DNA of 23,803 nucleotides from a virus (IMGVR_UViG_2534682161_000021:1-23803), one strand, 5' to 3'; positions 1 to 8,331 are shown, counted from the stretch's first letter. Notes: generated by a model from the sequence alone, not told the origin. Numbers and translations: made by a program.

Positions 1-447
1 GCGACGTGAGAACCCCAGCGTATTAACCGCGAAGTTAACCCTGCATCGTTGCCCGGCAACCTCAGCCTCAACTTCTCCCCAGTCATGCTGTAGCTGGTAA
101 CCGGGCTGAGTTTCGAAGCGAACCGTTTTCTTCGATGGCCGCATCTTACGTTTGGGCTGGATGTAGTAACGCAACATGGAACGGCCACCGGTATAACCCA
201 TCGCTTTGATTTCCGCCAGGATGACCTCGCCGTTCCAGACATTCTCAGCCAGACGCATGTCGATATAGTCCATGAACGGCTTGAGTTTGGCCATTTTGTG
301 GCGTGTTTTTCTGGCCGGAGGTTCCGGGTATTTCAGGTACCGTCTGACAGTCCGCTCAGAGCAACCAACCTGAGTGGCAATATCAACAATATACGCACCT
401 TGCTGGCGCATTTGCTTTATCATGTAAAAGTCCTCTCTGCTCAGCAT
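1..447 (-). CDS. istA: IS21-family transposase IstA, N-terminal portion; gene continues beyond the window start
   Basis: Minus-strand frame starting at ATG 447..445 translates MLSREDFYMIKQMRQQGAYIVDIATQVGCSERTVRRYLKYPEPPARKTRHKMAKLKPFMDYIDMRLAENVWNGEV..., matching the recalled IS21 IstA N-terminus. Not in the ORF track because it runs off the edge. Confidence 0.8.
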   Translation of the reverse strand, partial: MLSREDFYMIKQMRQQGAYIVDIATQVGCSERTVRRYLKYPEPPARKTRHKMAKLKPFMDYIDMRLAENVWNGEVILAEIKAMGYTGGRSMLRYYIQPKRKMRPSKKTVRFETQPGYQLQHDWGEVEAEVAGQRCRVNFAVNTLGFSRR

Positions 448-548
448 GAGTGTTCCCTTTGTGGTGTAGGAACCTTAAGGAAACAACATGTTGGGTGGAG
501 CGGACAATCCAAATGGTGAATTACTGTCTTATATCATTGGCGCTGACA
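1..548 (-). mobile_element. IS21-family insertion sequence, terminal segment; inferred end near 548
   Basis: About 100 bp beyond the istA start the minus strand reads TGTCAGCGCCAATGATATAAGACAG (rc of 524-548), a TGT-initiated terminus typical of IS21-family ends. The exact end is inferred by eye. Confidence 0.55.
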
Positions 549-579
549 TCGTATCGCCGTTCAGCGTAGTGATATAAGC
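527..579. repeat. imperfect inverted repeat at the IS boundary (CTTATATCA-N4-CGCTGA ... TCAGCG-N3-TGATATAAG)
   Basis: Direct reading: 527-546 is the reverse complement of the motif at 560-579, so two IS-end-like motifs face each other tip to tip. Confidence 0.45.
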
Positions 580-655
580 CTCATCCGTTTTCTCTACCTG
601 CAAACATGAAATATTCCCGTTCCGGCAATACTCAATTTTTGCTGCCAGATGGGTA

Positions 656-757
656 TTACGCGGGTAAAACTCCATACGATACATATCCCCCCAGGACATG
701 CACTTCCTCAACCTGACGACCATCTTCAGTTACCGTAATCTTTTTCAGTGCGTACAT
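656..757 (-). CDS. small hypothetical ORF (33 aa) downstream of the endolysin
   Basis: GGAGGT 6 nt upstream of ATG at 757; translates MYALKKITVTEDGRQVEEVHVLGGYVSYGVLPA. It sits where spanin genes would be but has no signal or lipobox features. Confidence 0.2.
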   Translation of the reverse strand: MYALKKITVTEDGRQVEEVHVLGGYVSYGVLPA

Positions 758-822
758 ACGTACCTCCGTTCTTTCGTTTTTTGAACAATAAAAAAGCCAC
801 CGAAGTGACCTTTTCGATGAGT

Positions 823-1377
823 TTATAAACCAACGCGCTCTTTCATCCAGCCATAGACAAACGACTCGTTAGCCTCGCGTTTCTCTGCCAGCGCCAGATA
901 ACGCTCACCCTGCGTACAGTTCAGGGCTTTCACCAGTACCAGTTCGCCATCCCTGCCGCGATTTTTCAGATAAGAACGTAACGCATTAATGGTTCGCGGC
1001 CCGATCCCCCCGTCTGTAACTATGTCCGGATACAGCATTCCCTTCTGATTAAACACATTCAGCCAGCGCTGAAGCATTTTTGTGGCTACCGACGGCCCCA
1101 TGTTTACCCCGGTATCACACAGTTCTGCAGCAATATCAGGAGACAGGTTTGCCACCTGGTCAAAACGAGGTCCATACCAATAGTCTGCCTCAAGGATTTC
1201 CAGAGCCTGCCCGCGGCTCAAATCACGCATATCACCACGGTAACCATGCGCGCGCGCCACTTTTTCAGTAATTCCCCACTTCGTCGCTCCGCCTGTATCG
1301 TCAGGATGACTGACATACCCCCCCTCTTTTCCGAGGATTTCATCAAAAATTTCATCTCTCGATTTCATATCAGCCAC
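823..1377 (-). CDS. endolysin: GH108-like lysozyme domain with C-terminal peptidoglycan-binding domain
   Basis: N-terminal motif ILGKEGGYVSHPDDTGGATKWGIT matches the EGGY..D.GG.T..GIT signature of GH108 lysozymes. GTG at 1377 overlaps the upstream stop; an alternative ATG lies at 1368. It follows the two holin-like genes. Confidence 0.75.
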   Translation of the reverse strand: MADMKSRDEIFDEILGKEGGYVSHPDDTGGATKWGITEKVARAHGYRGDMRDLSRGQALEILEADYWYGPRFDQVANLSPDIAAELCDTGVNMGPSVATKMLQRWLNVFNQKGMLYPDIVTDGGIGPRTINALRSYLKNRGRDGELVLVKALNCTQGERYLALAEKREANESFVYGWMKERVGL

Positions 1378-1648
1378 TCAGGAAAGCAAAAATTTTTGAA
1401 ACATTACCGCGCGCACGCACTACCATGACACCAAACACCAGGTTCAGCATCACTACCAGCCAGTCTGCCGGCAACGGATGACCACAGAGATAACTTAACG
1501 GCGTTATCGCATACAACAGCATCAGACACCAGGCGCACCACGATATCAGCGGTTTGTGTCGGGACTCTTTTCTGCGGTAGAAAAAAAGCGTCAGTACGAT
1601 AACCGTACATAACGCCGCATTCAGTAATCCTGGAAGATTATTTGTCAT
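1370..1648 (-). CDS. small membrane protein (about 3 TM), putative holin or antiholin
   Basis: ATG at 1648 preceded by GGAGGTGGTGGT; three hydrophobic segments; stop overlaps the endolysin start. Confidence 0.4.
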   Translation of the reverse strand: MTNNLPGLLNAALCTVIVLTLFFYRRKESRHKPLISWCAWCLMLLYAITPLSYLCGHPLPADWLVVMLNLVFGVMVVRARGNVSKIFAFLSG

Positions 1649-2030
1649 TACCACCACCTCCTCCACGCTGACGGGAGAACAGACCGGATACCAGTGATGT
1701 AATCTCCTGCTGGTGGATGAATGACAGGACTTTTACTGAGAGCACCGACACCAGGACCGCACACAACGCATCAACGGAAGCACTGTTAAACCCAATACGT
1801 TCCGCCATGTAACCGGCCACACCACGGGCCCCAAGCACACCAACAATAAAGGACACCAGAAAATGTGCAGCCACACGCCAGGCTGAAAGTGTCTGCGGCA
1901 TTGTTGCCACAAATAACGCACCAGCGAACGCACCAAATACAATCCCGAAATCCGTCCCGGTAAACAGCCCGAATACCGTCGCCCCGCCGAGCGCCACAGC
2001 AGTGCCGGAACCGGATAAGGGTTCAGACAT
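1638..2030 (-). CDS. putative holin-like membrane protein
   Basis: ATG at 2030 preceded by AGGAGA (the track start at 2060 has no RBS); several hydrophobic segments (AVALGGATVFGLFTG, GIVFGAFAGALFVA and others); directly upstream of the second membrane protein and the endolysin. Confidence 0.45.
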   Translation of the reverse strand: MSEPLSGSGTAVALGGATVFGLFTGTDFGIVFGAFAGALFVATMPQTLSAWRVAAHFLVSFIVGVLGARGVAGYMAERIGFNSASVDALCAVLVSVLSVKVLSFIHQQEITSLVSGLFSRQRGGGGGNDK

Positions 2031-2115
2031 ATTTATTCTCCTGTAAATAAAAAGGACCATCAGCGGCCCTAAAAAACTTTATCAAAGGTACCCGCAGATA
2101 CCTTTTGTAGGCTGT

Positions 2116-2268
2116 TTATTCAGATTTGCGAAGTAAAGGCCAGAGTAAGACCGTTACCATCGCCACCAGCACACCATCAGCCAGTACCGACATCAGCCAT
2201 CCAGTGAAATCCACTGCCACTACCAGAAACAACAGGATGGCAGCCAGCACAAGGCCCGCACTTTTCAC
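2116..2268 (-). CDS. small hydrophobic ORF (50 aa) coupled to the TerB-like gene
   Basis: GTG start overlaps the TerB-like TGA stop (GTGA); translates VKSAGLVLAAILLFLVVAVDFTGWLMSVLADGVLVAMVTVLLWPLLRKSE. Below the ORF-track size cutoff. Confidence 0.2.
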   Translation of the reverse strand: MKSAGLVLAAILLFLVVAVDFTGWLMSVLADGVLVAMVTVLLWPLLRKSE

Positions 2269-2690
2269 AGATACTGCTCCAGTGGTAACTGAAGCGCCTG
2301 TGCAATTTTCTTGAGCTGCGCTTCTTCATCCGGACCAATGCCATCCTGATCAGCGATATCCAGACAGAGGCAAAGCACGTCAACCGCCTCAGTTGTCCCC
2401 GCCACATCAGCCAGCTCACGCAATGCATGCGCATTCGCACTACGCGGTGACGCTTCATAACGGGCGCGGATATTGGCGCTCATCTGGGCAATCTCACCAG
2501 AGAACGGTGCAAAAGCAGGAAGCGCAGCAATAGTTTTCTCCAGTACTGCGATTTCTTTCGCATCGCAGGTGCCGTCGGCATATGCAATGGAATATGCGCC
2601 CCAGACGGTCGCCTCCACCGCATCACGGTTCTCCATCTTCTTCACTTCTGTGATGGCCTTGCGGGTTTTCTTTTTGAAAATACCTAACAT
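2265..2690 (-). CDS. TerB-family (tellurite-resistance TerB-like) protein
   Basis: Two D-G-x-x-D/E...E...L repeats (ADGTCDAKEIAVLEKTIAAL and IADQDGIGPDEEAQLKKIAQAL) typical of the TerB fold. Confidence 0.5.
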   Translation of the reverse strand: MLGIFKKKTRKAITEVKKMENRDAVEATVWGAYSIAYADGTCDAKEIAVLEKTIAALPAFAPFSGEIAQMSANIRARYEASPRSANAHALRELADVAGTTEAVDVLCLCLDIADQDGIGPDEEAQLKKIAQALQLPLEQYL

Positions 2691-2823
2691 CGTGACTTTT
2701 CCTTTGCGTAGACGAGCCTGCGCCAGATGGTTACCAGCCCACAGTGAAAGTCACACTGACAATCCCGTAAGCACCTCCTGAAAGGCTCTGTGTTTTTGAT
2801 GTGCGCCAGGTGTGGCTCAGATA

Positions 2824-2848
2824 CAAAAAAAGCTCGCCGTAGCGAGCT
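2824..2848 (-). terminator. rho-independent terminator after the 92-aa gene
   Basis: Minus-strand transcript reads AGCTCGC-tacg-GCGAGCT followed by TTTTTTT. Confidence 0.5.
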
Positions 2849-2871
2849 AACAGAAAATATGAAGCATGTTT

Positions 2872-3150
2872 TTATCCACGAAGTATGACGTTGAATTCAT
2901 CCATACCGACACGGCTGGCTATCTCGTTGTATTCCTCAACAAGAGCCAGCAATTCTGAATTAGCAGCCATGAACTCTTCAAAAACCTTATGGATGGCATC
3001 ACTGTTTAATAAAACAATGTTCTTTCCTGAAAGGCGATCAGGGGTAGAAAATATAACTGTCAAACGACTAAAGGCCCTGGCTCGTTCAGCATTAACATCC
3101 TCAATACGCTGCAACAAGCTGGAGCACCTGGAAATATCATCAATATTCAC
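2872..3150 (-). CDS. hypothetical protein (92 aa)
   Basis: GTG start at 3150 with AGGAG 5 nt upstream; followed by a terminator; no family recognised. Confidence 0.4.
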   Translation of the reverse strand: MNIDDISRCSSLLQRIEDVNAERARAFSRLTVIFSTPDRLSGKNIVLLNSDAIHKVFEEFMAANSELLALVEEYNEIASRVGMDEFNVILRG

Positions 3151-3439
3151 TCTACTCCTGTCATCTGGATGATAATCATTTCACGGAGAGAAGCACTCAG
3201 AAGTACCACTGAAGTATAACTGGTGACCAGCTGCTTACACATCTGTTGCCATCCTGCTGATGATAAGTCGATATTAACCCTTCTGTCTATAAACGAAACA
3301 AAGGATAAGTTCAGGTTTTAAACACACTGCCAGGATAAAGTATTGTATACAGTATAGAAGAGCGTTATTGAATGACATAAAAAACCAGACCTAATCCCTT
3401 ATCCGGAAGATATATCAAATAAACGGGGAAAATGTATTA

Positions 3440-3506
3440 AGATGGCGTTCCTATTCTCTCCATCCCTGATGTCCACGTAACTCGTTATAGAATCAGAACG
3501 CCATCT
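3440..3506. repeat. long imperfect stem-loop in a ~520-bp noncoding AT-rich spacer
   Basis: AGATGGCGTTC (3440-3450) pairs with GAACGCCATCT (3496-3506); a second short inner helix (ATTCT/AGAAT) lies between them. Confidence 0.3.
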
Positions 3507-3670
3507 GAATACACAGAAAAAAAGCTGGCTTCACACCCTCCTGCATGTGTGAACGCAGTGCCCGACCACGTGCTTTCGCAACCAGCGAAAATCAGTTTTA
3601 AATACCGAAAAACGATAAGAATATATCAGAACTTCCAAGCATCCTGCTTGGCTTAGATATTAATCGAGGA

Positions 3671-4756
3671 TTAGCTCCTGTTCTTATCTAATTGTGCATT
3701 TCGCAATTTATCGTTCAGCACCAATATTTCACCAACTGTTTGTTCAAAACGCCCGGACTCAAGTTCAACCCCAATCGTGCGACGCCCCAATCCCATTGCT
3801 GCTTTTATTGTTGCCCCCGATCCCATAAAAAAATCCGCAACCACATCCCCCGGACGACTGCTGGCAGAAATTATCTGACGCAACATATCCGCCGGTTTTT
3901 CGCAGGGATGCTTACCCGGATAATACTGTACGGGCTTATGCGTCCAGACATCCGTATAAGGAACGGCGGCCGATACAGAAAAATAACGCCGCAGAGATTT
4001 GTATTCCTCAAGCAGACTGGCATATTGCCGGTTCAGTTCACTGTATGTGCTGACCAGCAGTTGGTGTGGCGTTGCCAGCTCCCCACGCTGGTGTTTTTCT
4101 TCTGCAACACGCGCGAACAGCGCCTGCAGTTTTCTGTAATCAGCTTCGTTCGGTAACTGCCACTGACTGGTACCAAACCAGTGCGACACCATGTTTTTCT
4201 TTCCGGTGGCTTCCGCTATCTGTTTGGACGTTATTCCCAGTGATTCACGCGCATCACGAAAGTAAAAAATCAGCGGGGCCATGACGTGTTGTTTAAGCTC
4301 GCGCTCCTTTGCCGCATAGCCGGCATTTTTTGGCTGATATGGCCCCTGATAATGTTCGGCAAACAGAATGCGCTCTGTTGCCGGGAAATACGCCCGCAGG
4401 CTTTCTTTGTTGCACCCGTTCCAGCGTCCGGACGGCTTCGCCCAGATAATGTGGTTCAGCACATTAAAGCGCTCACGCATCATGATTTCGATATCAGATG
4501 CCAGGCGATGACCACAAAACAGGTAAAGACTTCCGGCAGGCTTCAGTACCCGCCAGAACTGAGCCAGACACTGGTCCAGCCATTTTAGGTAATCATCGTC
4601 GCCCTTCCACTGGTTATCCCAGCCCTCGGGCTTCACTTTAAAATATGGCGGGTCTGTGACTATAAGATCGACAGAGTTTTCCGATAAGGTCTGGATAAAT
4701 TCCAGGCAATCAGTGTTGATTAACTCACAACTGGATATTTTTACAGTATTAGCCAT
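3671..4756 (-). CDS. DNA methyltransferase, beta-class amino-MTase (N6-adenine or N4-cytosine), no adjacent restriction enzyme
   Basis: Catalytic motif DPPY near the N-terminus (LIVTDPPYF) and SAM-binding motif FMGSGAT near the C-terminus, the motif order of beta-group amino-methyltransferases. Confidence 0.85.
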   Translation of the reverse strand: MANTVKISSCELINTDCLEFIQTLSENSVDLIVTDPPYFKVKPEGWDNQWKGDDDYLKWLDQCLAQFWRVLKPAGSLYLFCGHRLASDIEIMMRERFNVLNHIIWAKPSGRWNGCNKESLRAYFPATERILFAEHYQGPYQPKNAGYAAKERELKQHVMAPLIFYFRDARESLGITSKQIAEATGKKNMVSHWFGTSQWQLPNEADYRKLQALFARVAEEKHQRGELATPHQLLVSTYSELNRQYASLLEEYKSLRRYFSVSAAVPYTDVWTHKPVQYYPGKHPCEKPADMLRQIISASSRPGDVVADFFMGSGATIKAAMGLGRRTIGVELESGRFEQTVGEILVLNDKLRNAQLDKNRS

Positions 4757-4906
4757 AGATCAATAAGCACTTCTCTGATAGGCTCATACCGCTTTTGCGC
4801 AAAGCAGATGGGCCTGAGGTTTGCTTGTGACCTCAACACATGAGCAGATGGCTGGCAGGTGCCGCTAACACCCACCAGCCGCCCATTACCACAAAGTAAA
4901 AAGCCT

Positions 4907-5104
4907 TCACTGCGGAAGGCGTCTGTAACAACCGAACTGATAATCTGCCAGACCCGCCATCACAAGCTGGGTCAGTATTAACTGGCAGCGTTCGCGTGAA
5001 AGGTAAGTATTCTGCGCAATTTCCCCAACTGTTGCCGGTTCAGTGACGCTTAATTCATTAAACACCACTCTGGCTGTTTCGGTCATATCCTGCTGTTTTA
5101 GCAT
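4907..5104 (-). CDS. small hypothetical protein (65 aa), possibly winged-helix DNA-binding
   Basis: ORF directly upstream of the methyltransferase on the same strand; helix-rich (ATVGEIAQNTYLSRERCQLILTQL). Fold assignment is inference only. Confidence 0.35.
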   Translation of the reverse strand: MLKQQDMTETARVVFNELSVTEPATVGEIAQNTYLSRERCQLILTQLVMAGLADYQFGCYRRLPQ

Positions 5105-5278
5105 GTCTTTTTCTCTTTATTGGTTAACGTGACATACCAATAACTCTTGTCGAAAAAGCCAGCAAGCTGAAAGACCGGTATTAATAACCACCAGCACATT
5201 TTATGTACCACACCATTTTTCTGGCATAAAAAAACCGCTCAATGCCGGGCAGTAAAAATCTTCATTACTCAAGAAATT

Positions 5279-5992
5279 TTAACGCACTCTGATAGTATTA
5301 ATTTCAAAATCATTAATATTTCCGCTATTAAATATAACGAATTTCTTACCCCCACTCCTGTATGATTTCGATAACACCAGACGATCATCATAACGCGCAA
5401 TAATGTAATACCATACATTCTCATAGTGGATCGCCTGATATTCCCTCTTAAACTGTGGTTTGTACCAACCGGCAATAAGAGAGAATGCCCAGAAATAAAT
5501 CATAAACCCAGCCATCATGAACTCAATTCGGTGATGGCGAATAAAAGACATTTCCGAAAAACATTTGACTGAAACAAGTCTTCTTCCAGACCTGACAAAA
5601 AGCGTGATTGTAAAGGCAGCAAGAATGCAGAAAATCAGTACATCTGGCTCAACATGCTGATGAATTACCGAAAACTCCAGAACAGGTGGAATAAAAAGCA
5701 GCAATATCGCGAGAAAAAGCCGGATAAAACTCAAATTTTGTATATTGCGCTTTTGTTTTATGCCCAAAAAGAAAACAATACCAACTCCCCATCCAATAAG
5801 GAATATAACGATAACTGTCACAGCATAAAACAAACTTCGTGCAACATCATCGACACCAGCCCCGACAACCCACCATGGAAAGCCATAGTAAAATGAAGTA
5901 CCCCATCCATAGAAATAAGCGCTTCCCCATCCTAGACAGCCCATATAAGCAACAAAAAGTGAAGAGTTTCTGAGCAGAGCACTGTCATTCAT
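5279..5992 (-). CDS. polytopic membrane protein (237 aa) in a strongly AT-rich segment
   Basis: ATG at 5992; aromatic- and Gly-rich N-terminus followed by 4-5 hydrophobic helices and a hydrophilic C-terminal tail. AT-rich codon usage is unlike neighbouring phage genes. Confidence 0.5.
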   Translation of the reverse strand: MNDSALLRNSSLFVAYMGCLGWGSAYFYGWGTSFYYGFPWWVVGAGVDDVARSLFYAVTVIVIFLIGWGVGIVFFLGIKQKRNIQNLSFIRLFLAILLLFIPPVLEFSVIHQHVEPDVLIFCILAAFTITLFVRSGRRLVSVKCFSEMSFIRHHRIEFMMAGFMIYFWAFSLIAGWYKPQFKREYQAIHYENVWYYIIARYDDRLVLSKSYRSGGKKFVIFNSGNINDFEINTIRVR

Positions 5993-6130
5993 AGTAACAC
6001 CATTAACAACTCAAAAATATCAACACATATTACATAACAAATTGGATTCCATGCAGTCAAGGGGCGTCATTGATGGAGAAAGTATTGGCACAATCGTCAT
6101 CACGTTTAATGTCTATGCCATTTTTTGGGG

Positions 6131-6160
6131 GGATAAAAAACCCGCTCGGTCGCGGGTTTT
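6131..6160 (-). terminator. rho-independent terminator downstream of the Q-like gene (tR'-like)
   Basis: Minus-strand transcript reads AAAACCCGC-gaccga-GCGGGTTTTTTAT: GC-rich stem followed by a U-tract. Confidence 0.55.
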
Positions 6161-6210
6161 ACTAGCTTTGCCATCACGTATAAAAACGGCAAAATATCAG
6201 ATTTACACGA

Positions 6211-6239
6211 AATATATGCGTTTTAATCTACTTTTGCAA
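6211..6239 (-). promoter_or_regulatory. candidate sigma70 late promoter (pR'-like) immediately after the Q-like gene
   Basis: On the minus strand, TTGCAA (6239-6234), a 17-nt spacer, then TATATT (6216-6211); about 70 nt upstream of the terminator. Confidence 0.3.
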
Positions 6240-6246
6240 TACTTTG

Positions 6247-6912
6247 CTATGAAAATGCCGCCTTTTGTTTTGAACGTGTTCTCTCCACTAACAATAAAGC
6301 TTCACTATCCAGCCGATGAAAAATGTGTTTCATTGCAACCCAGTGACCAGTAAATGTCTTGGACCAGTTTTTGGTTGTTACTCCCACCAGTAACGCCAGT
6401 TCCTGGTATTCGTAACCTTCCCCACCAAAAAGCTCAGCTTTTACCGCCTGCGCCGCCAACCAGCTCAACGTCTTCAGGCGCACCAGAGTTTTTCCTGCAA
6501 TTTTTCTGGTACCGGATTGAGCATTAAATTCAATCCACGCCCACTGCGTTATCGCGATCTGATGCTCCCAGCAAATGCTACCGCTGTAACACCACAGCAG
6601 CCAGGCTTTATGATGTTCTTCAAGAGACAGAACGGCGCGTCGCCATGATGATGTCGAAAACTCAACCGGACTGACCAGGGCAATTGATGAACCTTTCGCC
6701 AGCGATTGCTTTCCCGGGATCGGTGGATTATCCAGCGTTACTATTTTTCCAGTGACCTTATCGCGGTACCGGATTTTTTTACGTCTGTAACGCCCTGTAT
6801 TGAACATGGCATTCTCCTGCCAGGCTTCAAGCTGACCTTTTGTTGCTCCACTCAAATCAGCGGTGGCGATCGTGAGCTGCTCACGCACAAACTGTAAATA
6901 CTGGTTATTCAT
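6247..6912 (-). CDS. putative late-gene antiterminator (Q-like, QuuQ-like position)
   Basis: Called by synteny: follows rusA with an ATGA start/stop overlap and precedes the promoter-terminator pair and the lysis genes. No lambda-Q sequence similarity was recognised. Confidence 0.4.
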   Translation of the reverse strand: MNNQYLQFVREQLTIATADLSGATKGQLEAWQENAMFNTGRYRRKKIRYRDKVTGKIVTLDNPPIPGKQSLAKGSSIALVSPVEFSTSSWRRAVLSLEEHHKAWLLWCYSGSICWEHQIAITQWAWIEFNAQSGTRKIAGKTLVRLKTLSWLAAQAVKAELFGGEGYEYQELALLVGVTTKNWSKTFTGHWVAMKHIFHRLDSEALLLVERTRSKQKAAFS

Positions 6913-7271
6913 GCGCACTCCAGTTCTGTGATTTTTATCCCCAGCCGACCACCGGGAACAACCTGACCGCGCATAATATTAACTTCATCAAACTGCTCGT
7001 CGTCGATAAGCAGTCCCGCATGTGTCAGTGCATCCAGTGGTGCTTTCAGAATATTGTCCAGGTCACGACGGCGCTTATCCGGTGGCTCTGCAATAATTTT
7101 TATTGCCAGCCTTCCGGACAGATTTAATTTCAGCCGCTGCTGGCGAACAATAAGCGCCACATCCCGGCGATAACGCTCCCCTGCTTTTGATACAAAATAT
7201 GTGCTGCCACGACGACGCCAGTAGGTATTTACCGTCGGCGGGTAAGGCAAAACAAATTCTATCCCCATCAA
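6909..7271 (-). CDS. rusA: Holliday-junction resolvase RusA
   Basis: LPYPPTVNTYWRRRG...PPDKRRRDLDNILKAPLDALTHAGLLIDDEQ matches the RusA family signature (PxDxRRRDLDN..K...DAL) at 120 aa. Confidence 0.85.
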   Translation of the reverse strand: MMGIEFVLPYPPTVNTYWRRRGSTYFVSKAGERYRRDVALIVRQQRLKLNLSGRLAIKIIAEPPDKRRRDLDNILKAPLDALTHAGLLIDDEQFDEVNIMRGQVVPGGRLGIKITELECA

Positions 7272-7280
7272 TAACCTCTT

Positions 7281-8330
7281 TTATCCGAGCACGCCGGTTG
7301 CAAAGGCGTGATCAAGAAAACGAAAAATTAAATCAACCTGAGAACCATGCTTTTCTTCGAACGCCAACGGTTCTGCATGAAGCTCGTTATGATGTTTACG
7401 ACACAACGGTAACGTGAAAATATCGTGGGCCTTTGTTCCCATTCCGCCCTGACCATGACCTATCAGGTGATGGGGATCGTCAGCTGGCTTACCACAGCAC
7501 GCACACGACTGTGTCTTTACCCAGCGTGTGTATTTCTCATTTACCCAACGGCGACGTTTAGGTCGCTTCATGAAAGATTCCGGGGACTCAGGATCAACGG
7601 CGATGCTTACCACCGCCTTTTCCTGTGGTGAGTTTTGTTGCTGGTGGACGTGAGGCGGTAGCGCAATATTTTTTGTGCGCTGCTTCAGTATGCTGGTGGC
7701 TGTCTGTTCTCCCGGTACGATGTCGCTCTCGCGATACACAGAGAGGATTTTTTCCACCGGTAATCCCAACGAACGACGTGATACTGCCTCAGGTAGAGCA
7801 TCCACCACCTGATTGCAAACCGCCCACCAGGATAATTCAGCCAGCGATAATTCCCGCTCCTGCGTGCCATTCATTGCGTGACGTATAACCTCAAGCATCC
7901 AGGCTGTCAGATTTTGTTGAGCAAGTTGCTCGAGTGATTCCGATGTCTGGTCGCGCAGCTGGTTGTCGCAGTGCCAGCACAATACCATCGCGCCGGTACC
8001 GTAACGGTGAATAACGGTTTCACTATGGTGGTAATCACCATGAGGCCACTGGCAGGATTTGACATGGCGCAGTAACCAGTCAGACAGTGCACCAGCGCCG
8101 CCAGCAGCACGAATCACTCGTTTGTTACTGAAAAACGGCAGTAATGATTTATCCTCCGCCAGCGGCTGGCGAACGGTAGGGACGACTCCGGACGGCAGAC
8201 CGCGCATGCTTTTTGGTTCCGGCTCCACCAGTACTCTGTCGTTATGGAATACCGACATTGATTCACGGCCTGGCTTAACGATAACCACCCCGAGTTCCGG
8301 TACCGGTACAGGTCGAAGTAATACCCGCAC
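7281..8330 (-). CDS. ydfU: DUF968-type prophage protein (YdfU-like)
   Basis: GTG start with GGAGGT RBS; Cys/His-rich C-terminal region (CACCGKPADDPHHLIGHGQGG...CRKHHNELH); position between rem-like and rusA as in Qin-type prophages. Confidence 0.55.
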   Translation of the reverse strand: MRVLLRPVPVPELGVVIVKPGRESMSVFHNDRVLVEPEPKSMRGLPSGVVPTVRQPLAEDKSLLPFFSNKRVIRAAGGAGALSDWLLRHVKSCQWPHGDYHHSETVIHRYGTGAMVLCWHCDNQLRDQTSESLEQLAQQNLTAWMLEVIRHAMNGTQERELSLAELSWWAVCNQVVDALPEAVSRRSLGLPVEKILSVYRESDIVPGEQTATSILKQRTKNIALPPHVHQQQNSPQEKAVVSIAVDPESPESFMKRPKRRRWVNEKYTRWVKTQSCACCGKPADDPHHLIGHGQGGMGTKAHDIFTLPLCRKHHNELHAEPLAFEEKHGSQVDLIFRFLDHAFATGVLG

Positions 8331-8331
8331 G

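Noticed and set aside
298-519. 73-aa plus-strand ORF
   Set aside because: Lies antisense within the IS21-family istA start and terminal region; no RBS; the minus-strand frame carries the recognisable IstA sequence.
529-723. 64-aa minus-strand ORF
   Set aside because: Crosses the inferred IS end at 548, has no RBS and no recognisable family; likely a chance frame or a remnant of a disrupted post-lysis gene.
1080-1428. Plus-strand ORFs of 63 and 60 aa
   Set aside because: Antisense to the endolysin and holin-like genes, whose minus-strand frames have clear family motifs and RBSs.
3692-4588. Plus-strand ORFs of 154, 72 and 100 aa
   Set aside because: All lie antisense inside the methyltransferase gene, whose minus-strand frame carries the DPPY and FMGSGAT motifs.
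6042-6353. 103-aa plus-strand ORF
   Set aside because: Spans the minus-strand terminator and promoter and overlaps the Q-like 3' end; no RBS.
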